Shown: in pieces, positions 40,301 through 52,300 of the stretch | How the letters are laid out: every line of letters starts with the position of its first letter | Position numbering within the stretch: the first letter of the stretch is position 1 | Assembly (NCBI RefSeq): GCF_964355755.1 | Contig: NC_092672.1 | Span: 24,379,237 to 24,443,236, forward strand | Source of the DNA: Antedon mediterranea | Lineage: Eukaryota; Animalia; Echinodermata | Length of the DNA: 64,000 bases | Reading direction: 5' to 3' | Program-made: the position numbers and the translations under genes | Notes under the pieces: generated by a model | What the model saw: the letters and a program-made list of their open reading frames with translations, nothing else | The model's database searches: none | What the model was told of the DNA's origin: nothing

Positions 40301-43300
40301 GTACGAAATTTACCCCAGTGTTTTTTTTGTGATTATTGTTGACAAACCTATTGACTATCAAATTAAAAAACCTCATTGATTTAAAAACACCACTTTGGAA
40401 GTTATAGGTACGTTTATGAGGTATACTTTTATAAAAAAAATATTTTTTAAAAACACCCCTTTTTAAAATAATGGTATCAACCAAACTCCATTTTGTAATT
40501 TATTTTTTTTCTACATTAAATGGAACTCAATATATGTTGTTTACACTGCTATAAACAAAAACTGTATACTGTAAGTATTTTTGGTTAGAATAAGTATACA
40601 AGTTTGTACTTTTTCACTATAGAAAATCTGTGAAAAATGGCAAAAACATCAAAATTTGGATAATTGACCGTTGTCATGGCAACGGAGGCTAAAAATTAAA
40701 ATGAATGTTGTAGATATGCTTTTTATTGAAATGTCTATTCATGGTAAAAATTTGAGAGAAATCCATTTTTTTACATCTGCCACCAAATCTTTGATTTTTA
40801 CAGACAATGGCTCTTAATTCTTAAGCCACAAAAAGAGGATTCCAAAAACAAAATTATAAAAAGATGAGAATTATTTATCTTTTGAATTAACATTAAAAAT
40901 GTCTTTATAGATGAAAAATTGTGGTTTATTTGTTATGCCTTTTATAGACCTAATATTTGTTTGTTTTATCTTCAATACCCGTATTCTAGGTTTCTATAGT
41001 AATTATTATCATTCAGTTTATATCATCAGTTCATATGTAATAACATTCTTCTACTGAGAACCATCAATTCATCACTTTTTCCACTTACTGTACATCAAAA
41101 GCATCACTACATTAATTTTTATGATGAACTATTACAATTTTCTTTTAAGCAAATTATTCTAATTAAAGCAATTTAAGATTCAGTTAAATACATAACATGC
41201 TAAATTGTCAACTCATCACTAAAATACTTTGATAATAACAAATAGTATATCAAGACTTAGGTAGTGTTTGTACGGTGGTTAAAATAAGCGCTTAATTTCA
41301 CCCATACCTCGGGTTATAAATTGAGCGTTGTTCGTACTTGAAATATTTAACCGCTTAAATGCTTAATCGACGAATCACAAACCGGAAATTACGTTTTAAG
41401 GTCAGTTGTCTTTACAACCTACGACCACATTTTCGCACGCTAGTTTCGTGTTATATATTTGTTGCGATCTTTCTTTACAATAACAATTACTTGCTACCTT
41501 TTACACTGCTTATCTTTGCAACAAACCTTATGCCTCTTAACGCCGATAATCCTGCCGAAATATGCCTTCTCCTGACAACCATTATTTTACTCATTGACGA
41601 AGAATTTGAGCCCAATGTTACACGACGGAAACACCACCGACCAGCTAGGCCTAGTACTAAGCGGGGTGTATTCCTAAGCGGTCTACACCAACAAGGACAG
41701 CACCAGCTGACGATCGCTCTCGAAGCGTGTATGGAAGAGCTTCGTAGGAGAAATGACGGGCCTAGGCAGCGAACGTTTGTCAAAATTTGACACATTGCCT
41801 CTATCGGAGATTTATTATCCTCGAAGGCCGAGTATAATTGGATTATCGCTGAAATAACCTGCAAATTTGGTGAACATTTTGCCTCGAATTTTTTGTAGCC
41901 TGAGGCAAAAGTTAATTGGATCACGCGAACGGAAATCGGGAATAAGCTGGTATTTTCAACCCCTACGAACAGGCCCCTAAATATTATGAAGAGGGAAACT
42001 TGGGCCACACACACACATCACAGCCACTGATCATAACTGGGCCCTCTTGGAGAGGACTGAAGAGGTTGCCCAGTATAAACAAAATATTTTAATTTCAATG
42101 ATGACACGTCAACCAATAGTTTTGATCAAAACAAATTTAAGGTAAATGTACTGTATATTACTTTACATAATCTACTCGGCCTAATTTGCTAAACATTTTA
42201 GCAGCTAGAAATATTGCCACATAATTTTTTGTTGTGTCAAAAAATGTGTAGTTTTTGTTTTCGTCCAATGTTGAGAGTGGCCATAACAACAATGAAATCC
42301 ATAAATTATAAATAATTACATTATTGTTTTTCATATACATGGACAATGGTGTTTAAAACCCTTTGATTTAACCCCACATTTCATAGGATACGTACATACA
42401 GTACAAACAATGGCATAGACTCATTAGGATGTTTTTTCACAGACGGAATTAACTTGGATTTATAGATTCAACAGCAAAGTGAAGTTCTCGTTCATGTTTT
42501 ATGCCAGAAATTCAGACCACTGGTTCCTTCTTAGCATGCATAATACAATTGTGTCATCATCTCCAATGAATCGTTGCTTACAAGAAATCAAAGTGGTTCT
42601 GAAGCGGGTTGATTTGACAGATTTTCATGTTAATTCATTGCTCCTTGCTTATTGTTAGTAATATTGTAATACGTCAACACAACTTCTGTAACACAAGGCA
42701 AACTAGTGCTGATCTATTGATACACTAAGAAATCTTCTGACAGACTTCGAGCTGGTTTATATCCATTGTTAATCTAATTTTTTTTAATTTTGAATTGTTT
42801 GACTTTGGCATAACCATCTGGTATGCAAATAACCATCTGGTATGCAAACACAATAATCAAAGGCAGTGTCCTCATTATCACATTACCTGTACAAATTGTT
42901 GTACTTTATTATTAGGAATTTAAAAGAGAAATAAATGTTACCTTTGAGTTTGTTTTTTTAAATTACAGTATAACAAAGTTTACTAAAAATACAGTATGAC
43001 TCTGAGAATAAGAACATGATGTTTGGTATGATAATTATCTATACTATGTGAAATATAATAACCTCTATGTGCTTAATATTTTAACCCAAGCTGGTCACAA
43101 CCTCATATGTATGTGCCTGATCGAGGCAGGATCAGATGTGAATGTTGCAAGCGATGTAAAGTCATATATTTAACAAAATATTAAACTTTTTTTTCCAATT
43201 TAAAAATTCTAGATTCATTTTTCATAAAATCTACAAATTGGAGTAGTAAAGATTTTGTCTGATTTAATGTTGTAATTATAGATACAAAATCTTCACTCAT

Positions 43301-46300
43301 CTTAAACCTTATTTATTATTTTAATGATTTACATTAATACATACTGTATACAACAAATACAATACATTAGTTTATATTTTTTAATGACAGGTTTGTCAAA
43401 TATAATTGTGGCACATTTCAACAAATTACAGCATATAATTACTGTAGATAAAACCAAATTACATTTGCTCATAAGAGCATTATTGTTCTACGGATGTGCC
43501 TTGAAAGCTTTGGTCTTTGCTCTATCGCCCTACTGTACACCATCTCTTGTAGTATAATATCCCACTACCCGGCCTGTGTTAAATATAAAGGCCTCCATGT
43601 ATACTAATTCATATTATATTTACCTGTTTCAAATGAAAAAAATGGATAGCTAAATTGTTTTAAATTTAAAGAAATGCAGAGAATAATTTGCAAGCATCAT
43701 AATTATACAGTATTTGAACATAATGAACATAACTACCTAAAAGGTAGTCTTCTTTATTGTACCTTTTTAATATCCTAGATGTGGGTAAAGTACTTTAGAA
43801 GAATCCTCTCTCACTTCTCATCTGTTGTGTTGGCATACATATTTTATTTGTTTTATTCTTTGACTTTATTTATATATTATCTTTCATTTACATTTAAGCA
43901 TGCCTTGCCATTATTTGAAAACATTTTCTTATCTTATTTTATGCAATGTTATTAATTATATTCTTCAATTTAAAGTAGGATCTTGATGTTTTCAACAACA
44001 GCTAGCTATAGAAAGAAAGTTGATTGAATATAATTATATGTAAATTTTTCAGAAAATTCAGTCGATGATCACTGGTTTCAAAAAAATATAAACTTAATAC
44101 AGTATTTAAAATGAATTAATGAAACAAATTATGTATTTCTTCAATGGCTGCAAATGGTAACTGGCTGCAGACCTCTTAATTTATTTTAAAGTCAGGTTTT
44201 TCAAAATGTACCCAACTTTGTCAATAAATGATCCAATATTGTGAAATAAGTAAATTTTTAATTTTAGCTTTTAATTATGTGAAAATCAGTCTCATACTTA
44301 GTAACTTTATTAAAATTAAAGAAAAGATTGACATGATTATTTTTTTTATCACGAGAGCATAACGGTGTATTACTATCAGCAAGTTTTCAAAGGAAATAAT
44401 GTTCCTCAAATTGTCTAGACTATAAAACAAGTCCTATAGTATAACAATTTGTCCAGATCAATTTTAAATTTGAGTGTTAAAGCCCCCTTCCCTACGTTTT
44501 TTAGATCTAATTTAAGATCACAAACTATATTTAATGTAAAAATAATACTATATGGTCCTATTGCGATAACTTTTTTCATCTTTAAACGGTTAAAAATGTG
44601 AAAAATAAGTCGATTCTAATAATTATAGCGGCCCGCTATAAATCCCAGAATGCATTGCGCGCGGATTGATATTTTTGTTTTTCACCTGTAATTCGCCCAC
44701 TTTTCGATCGATCGTGAGGCCAAAACAAATGGAAGACTCCTAACTTTTCAGCAAAAATACCGGGTTTTCCCCAATTTGCATCAACGGAGTCTGGCAAAAA
44801 TAGAAAGACAATTAATGCAGCAACTATACAACGTCAGGCTAGGTATATAGCTAGCGTATGATGTTCGTACGTTACCGATGTTTACCAGCTAGGCCTACAA
44901 AACTAAGCCTAGCTAGGCTAGGCCTAAGACCGTCCACGAGAGGTCGATCGCCGTGAGCTACTTCGGTAGTGCATTGTTTCTCACTTTTTATCATAATTTA
45001 CCATAAAACGTACATTTAAGACAAGGAATGACATGGTTTAATGTTTTTAAAGTGATATATATGTATTATTTTCCAAAAAACGTCCAAAATTGCAGGGAAG
45101 GGGTCTTTAAATAAAACTTGTCTGCTAAATCTAAAACTTAGTTTTCTTCATCTCTCTGAAATAAAACATTGTTTGAATGCCTTTCTGATGAATTTGACAA
45201 AAAACAAATGTAATATCATTGCAAACCATTGTTTATATCACCATGGTTATAAGGACAGTTTTAAAGAAAACTGAATAGGCCAAATTTGTTTTGTTACGTT
45301 TTGTGTCCAGGATTTGAATGTACAAAATATGTGAAAGATGGTCGTACAGCTCAGATGTGTTTACATACCATAGGCCCCGTTTCTGCTGCCAATCCCAAAT
45401 ATACCGTATAAACATACCGTATAAATATACCGTATATATACCGTATATGAAATTCGTGCACCGTTTCCGCTGCACATACTTCGTGGGTGTAAAAAAAGTT
45501 GGCTTTCATTACCCAAAATGCATTTTGTGAGACGGAAGTATGGATTGACCTAGAGTCTCGTGTAGTGAGGTTACATGACAAAAACAAAACAATGATGGTT
45601 TCTCAAAACGTCTTAGCATTGCTTTCTATTTTAAATCTAATGATCAGAAGTGGCAACGAATTTACACCGCACATACAAGCACAATCTAGAAATGTCACTA
45701 TAAATAAACTCTGTTATTCAAATTGAGTTTATATTATGCTATATTATCCTATATTGCCGTTTTAATTTCCATTTTCTATTATAGGCCTACAGTATTTTAC
45801 CATGATTTTACATCACGTTGTTGTCGTGTAAGAACATTCAATTTATTGTAATTAAAATCTCGGTATCTCTTCTGTTGCCATGCAGTCTCCCCCCAACCTT
45901 CGCTTCCCCCCACCATTGAATTGCAAAAATAGTGATTTGTTCGGTCCACAGTGACATTTTGATCTGTTGCTTGCTTTTACACGTGTGTTTCAACTTTCAA
46001 TGCAGCACAAAAACCAAAACAAATGCGTCGCGCTCTGTTAGTTTTTGACCTCGTGTCATGAGTCGGATCACATTTACGGTATATTTTGAGTGCATCAGAA
46101 ACGGGGAACGAAATATACGGTATATTTTGGAATATACCGTATAATATCCACAAACGATGGGGATATTTATGCAGTATATATACCGCAAAAATATACGGTA
46201 TATTTTTTATGAGACACATTTCTGCTGCCAAAAAATATACCGTATATAAAATATACCGTATATATACGGTATATTTTTGGCAGCAGAAACGGGGCCATAC

Positions 46301-49300
46301 TGTAAATGCTTTATTTAAATTTTTTTTATTACCATTAAAATATACAATGTAGCTAATAGATTAAAAAGTCACCCATCTTCAAAATTTGATTATAAAGGAA
46401 ATGTGAAATTAATTAACATTTTGTTTTTATTTATTTTATCTTCTTCTGTCTTATTCTATGATTTATATACTATAGCTGGTGTATCTGTCAGTGTTCTTTC
46501 TTTTTTTAATTAAAAAATGCCCTTTTGCAGCAATGTCAAATTAATTACAAGCTTAATTACAAGCTTTCTTATTCATCAAAATCATCACTAAGTTTGTTTA
46601 CACTTGATAAACTTTCTACAATGTAAATTATAATATTTTAAGCACTATTAGTTATTTCAAATTTACATGGAATAATACAGTTATTTATTAATCAATAATA
46701 CTCCTCACACTTATTTAAATTTTATTAATAGTGTACTGTAATTTAATAATATTGATAATATGCCAAACTGTTAAGTTAAATTGAGATTTGCTATTCTCTT
46801 TTAAAAAACCCCAATATATTCTATAGGCTAAATCATTTATAATTGATTGTATTTTTTAGTGTATTCAAACTTTATTTGATCATCATCAGGAATGATGATA
46901 AAATGTAAGCATTATTGTTAATATTATGGAATGCTTTATTAAATAGGTAACAGCAGTGATCATCATTGCTTTGCACAGTCTGTAGTATAATTAAAATGAT
47001 TCCATCTTCTATCATTGTTTTATTTATTCATCTTCTTCATCATTATAAGACAATAACAAACTCGTTTAAATATAAATCTACCCACTGTAATGTTGGTGTT
47101 GCTACAGTTTTTCATATTTTAGGACAATGACAGATTATCAATGCTTATCTTTATAGCATTCATTCAAGTATAAGCAATAATGTCAACAGTATATTATTTG
47201 GAAATCACAATATAAAAAGATCAACTTTAATCATTTTGTAAAGTTTAATATTTCTTAACAGACTGTTCATTCTTTTAAATTAAATTTTAAATTCAAACAT
47301 TAATTTATCCACAAAATATCAATTATTAAAAATAAACTTAAAACTCTAATCGTGCCTTAAGTTGATTATTTACACTATTTTAACTAAAATAAATACCGGT
47401 AACTTAAATTTAAAGTTTAGTTAGCAAAGTTCAAAAGGATGAACTAAAACACCTAATAAAAACCATAAAAGAGGCTATACGAGGATGCTTGTTTTTCTTG
47501 TCTTATCATTATTGAATGAATGTTATTGAATAAATGTTATTGAATTGAATTCACAGCCTACACATACAATAATATACAATACTGACAAAATTTGATGTTT
47601 TAATTAAGTTTAACTAAACATGAAAAACTACGATGTGTATTCCATGCGTACTGTACACCCATTTTTTATTGTTGAAAAGTTTCAAAATGACGCAATGAAC
47701 TTTACTCCGTCCATTGGATTGAATGTTAAATTAACCAAATATAAGTCCCGATAATGAACAGAACAGAGTATGCTCAGTATACTGTGCATAAGCATGCGCA
47801 GATTAATATTTTGTGTAGATTACCGTCCCCCTTCGTCTACCGTCCTGTCATCATAAAGTCACTAGTAGGTTTTATTTTAAATTAACAGCACACTACGTGC
47901 AACAGCTAATACAGTAGTACTAATCATTGTCAGTATTTTCATTTTTGTTGTAAATGTATAGTCAACAGAGACCTCTTAGAATCAGGCTTCTGAGTCATGT
48001 CAGTCATATATTCTACTCATTCACCTTTTACCAAAAATTTGGGATTTTTAAAATGTCTTTCTTTCCATCGTATATATTCATTTAGGACTGACAATTTCAT
48101 TCTTATAGTTTCATTCTACTGTAAAACAATAATAGTCTCTTTGTCATTACATTCAGCCTCTTACATTAACATTCAAATTAATTCAGAATAAATACATTTG
48201 GATGATGAAGCCTAAAAAAAAAAAAAACCAGAATAACTAAAATACAAATAAATTTTGATTTTTATATACATTACATATACTACCTTTTATAGGTATAAAC
48301 ATACAGTGCTAGTTAAAGGGGATTCTGGGTTTAAAATTGCTTTTAAACATCGTTTATTTATTAAATAACAAATATTATAACAATAGACATGTCAGAATGA
48401 AGAAGTAATAATGAGAAATTAAAAAAATTAAATTTCATATACATTTTAGTTTAAATTCATGCAAAGTCTGTTTTTCAGCAGCTTAGGGAAGCTCATTAAT
48501 ATTCATGAGATATTCACAAAATCACGTCATCAGTGGATACCAAACTTGCGACGTCATGTACGTTGTGTTTGTTGACTAATTTACATCTCTCTCCCTTGTC
48601 AAACGATGACATCCCGATCATAATGAAATACATTTTTTGTAGATTTTCTAAGCTAGGCCTAAGTGTAATAACAGTAGCATATATTTATTTGACATTTAAT
48701 GAAATACAAAATTTAGTACAGATCATGGAGTCATAAATTATACTCTTTTTATACCTCTATAGCAGGGAATAATTTCGCCAGTTTAGCATAGCAAAAAGCT
48801 ATACAAAACAACCTTAGCAAAAAATACAATACAAAACTATGTTCTTGACTAAAAAATCAGTTTGATTAGCAATTTTGCTAAACAAAATTTTCAAATGAAA
48901 TTTTTCCCTGCTATAGTACAGATCGTATTCGGCTTCACGTACTAGCCTAAATCATTTTTTTTATGGGTGAGAGCCATTCTGACTAGGGATTCCATGCCAC
49001 AATGGATGGCTACGTTAAAACATGGGGCCTATGGGCCTAGCTAGCCTACTAAACGATTGGCCCATAAATAACAAAACTCAGTGGATTCCAAACCCATCCT
49101 ATCAACCAAACTCAATAATAAACAATATAACCTAAAACGTTCTACAAAATCGGCTGTAAATATTGAGGCAAAACAAGGTCCGATTGCCGTCCGCACGTAT
49201 GGTGTCTCGATCGTCTAGTAGGCTTAAAATAGTTTACTCTCCTAAAAAGCGGATACTGCATCAAGCAAGTAGACCTAGTAGGAAGGAGACCTAGCCGATC

Positions 49301-52300
49301 CGGCCCAGTTAAAAATTGAGCTAGCTAGTGTAGTAGACCCTATGCGAATTGATACTACCAGTCCTTTTACTAGGCTACACTTGTTAAAATTAGCAATACT
49401 TATGTTTACAAATATTCCAACTCTCTCATTCGAGCTATATTATCTATACCATTCCGGTAGGTCGAATCGACCTTCAATCAAATACTGTACATCGTTCATG
49501 TTGTGATTATAGACGGGGTATACTCGACCCGACCAGTTTGGTATTGTATACTGTATCTGCTTATCACGTGACGATGCCAGGAATGGGCAGAGAGCACGTT
49601 TATCGTCTCGCTCAGAAGGAATGTACAGACGTTACGCTTCATTGATTTTTAAGGGTTTTTCCCTATTGTCAGTGCGAAAATCGGCAAACGTAAACTGAAT
49701 CTCAAATGATTTTACACAATTGTGATGAATTTTCATAGAAAATTGACATTATAAATGGGAAGGCCGACTAAAATTACATCAGATAAGCATAATTTTACAA
49801 AAGTAATTGATATGGTTAATGATAACGAGTCGTCGGAAGATCGACCATTTCACAAATTTTCCTATTCTGTAACAGTGTCATATCGCCGTAGCTTCACTTC
49901 ACAGCCTTCATTCTGCTTCACCGCTCACTTTATAATAAGTGAAACTTTTACCGTTCAAGAGACAAACAATTATATTTTATTTTTTACTATTCATTTTAAA
50001 CCCGGAACCCCGCTTTAAAAGTAAATAATAGTCAACCAAAATAAAACTTGGTTTACTAAAGCTTTGGTTGCCAACGCAATGTAGGCGCTACGCAAGTGAG
50101 TTGACCATTAACAAGCAACAGTTCCGATAATCCATCACATTGCGATTGGTCAATTTGCTTGATTTAATTTACAAAAAAATTGGATAGACTACAGACAAAT
50201 GGACAGACTAAATGTTGGGTCAAACAAACTTATTACATGCAATTATTACTCAGTAATCACCTCTGTAGTCCCATGGGTACTCTTTTAAATAGTTATTGAT
50301 TACAGTGCCTTAAAATATTCTTTAAATAATAATTGTGTAAATGAATTTGACCAGAACCTTTACCATGCTAATCCATATCAATACTTTGAGTTACAATTGT
50401 AGATAATATATTGATATTCATTTGTAGCTATACACTAGGCTTAATTATCTTAAGATTATTAGAGTATGCGTATTCAGCAGTATGATCATACACACTGTTT
50501 ATATTTTGTGTGGTGTAACGAGTACAGGGGTAGGCCTATAGCTACAGCAGTAGGTCATAATCACTGTTTATATTTTATGTGGTGTAGTAGGTACAGTGGT
50601 AGTCCTATACTACAGCAGTATGATCATACTCACTGTTTATATTTTATGTGGTGTAGTAAGATAAGATAAGATAAGATAACTTTTATTGATCCTCAAAAAG
50701 GAAATTCATTGCTCGTCATAATAACAAAGAAAACACAATAACAACAAATATAGCATAAAACCATTCATATAAAAACATCTAAAAAATTACAATATAAAAT
50801 TATCTTCTTGACTTCCTGTTGTACTGGATGATACCGGAGGGAATAAAGGATTTAGCAAATCGATTTGTTTTCACACTGAGGAGCCTCAATCTACCACTTG
50901 GATTAAGTTGGTCTATGATCACTTTGTGGAGAGGATGAGAGGCATCCGACTCAATGCGTTCGAAATCTTTCTGGAGGTGTTCTAGGTACAGGGGTAGGCC
51001 TATAGCTACAGCAGTATGATCATAATTACTGTTTATATTGTATGTGGTGTAGTAGGTACAGGGGTAGGCCTATAGCTACAGCAGTATGATCATACTCACT
51101 GTTTATATTTTGTGTGGTGTAGTACGGACAGGGGTAGACCTATAGCTACAGCAGTAGGTCATAATCACTGTTTATATTTTATATGGTGTAGTAGGTACAG
51201 TGGTAGGGGTTCCTATACTACAGCAATATGGTCACAATCACTGTTTATATTTTGTGTGGTGTAGTAGGTACAGTGGTAGGGGTTCCTATACTACAGCAGT
51301 ATGGTCATAATCACTTATAGGGCTGGAAATCATTCAAATATACACACTGTTTATATTTTGTGGTGCAGTGGGTACAGTAGTATGGCTGCATCAGTGTGAT
51401 CATACTCACGTAGGGCTGGAAATTAAAAGTATGGTAGTATATGTGACCTGTTTTTAGTCTAGTTGACAAAGTTATTGAACTTGATTCTTCAGTATGTAAA
51501 CATTTAAATATTTGAATTAATACTAAAGATTTCTTAAAACAATAATTGCATTGCTCCGATACTATCAAGCAGTGATACGACCAGTTCTCGAATATGCCTG
51601 TGCTGTTTGGTCCCCGAGTTTATCCAAAGCACAATCTGACCAAATCGAACATGTCCAAAGAAGAGCGTGTAACATAATATACCCCGATGGTACCTCGTAT
51701 GCTGATACCCGCAGATACCTTAACATCATCACTCTATCTGAACGCCGCGAGAAGTTGTCAAGAAAATTCTTTGATAAAATGAAAAAAGAAGATCATATAT
51801 TATACTCTCTCTTACCTAAACCTCCCACACACAACCATCAGCTCCGACGCGTAGATCGTTCACCCTCTCCAAAGTCCGGACACAACTCACAAAAAACTTT
51901 CCACGGAGTTTTCAATGATTGGTGAATGATCATAAACTGAGTTATGATAAGCAAATTGTGAACCCCTTTTGGTTTGTGTTACTGGATGTACTATGATGGC
52001 CATTGAAAGACTGATTTGTGGACTATGATATATTTTAGTATTACTTGTTTGGACTGTGTTATACTATGTTTTTTTTTATATATATTTACTATTATATTTA
52101 TGTCAACTTCATCACTGTTTACTTGATGCAATAAAGGAAATAAATAATAATAATAATAATAATAATTGCAAATGAAGAGATGCTGATTTTTCTAAATGTC
52201 AGGCCTTCTATCTGATGGTTTGTATCCTAATATAATTGTTTGGCGACTTTTTCAATTTCATTTTATAACTTGATACAACTAATTTCAACATTTGCTCTTC

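Larger units (their letters stand above)
33943..40813. mobile_element. Sola-like DNA transposon, decayed, 6.9 kb including nested insertions
   Basis: TTAA|GAGCCATTGTCTGTAA...TTACAGACAATGGCTC|TTAA, about 80-bp imperfect TIR, GAG..CTC termini, recurrent GTCACTCGCATTAC motifs, and a basic ORF remnant [18 protein letters not shown] on the - strand at 34740-35050. Confidence 0.7.

Noticed and set aside
41359-42014. 143-aa and 175-aa overlapping ORFs
   Set aside because: No recognisable domain; they lie in the GC-richer interior of a non-autonomous element.
45233-46352. Cluster of Tyr/Ile-rich short ORFs
   Set aside because: By-products of the ATACCGTAT subterminal repeats of the MITE.
47990-48230. 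Strong - strand acceptor (T15-AG) as an antisense coding exon
   Set aside because: No convincing open frame or domain follows; it cannot be supported without transcripts.
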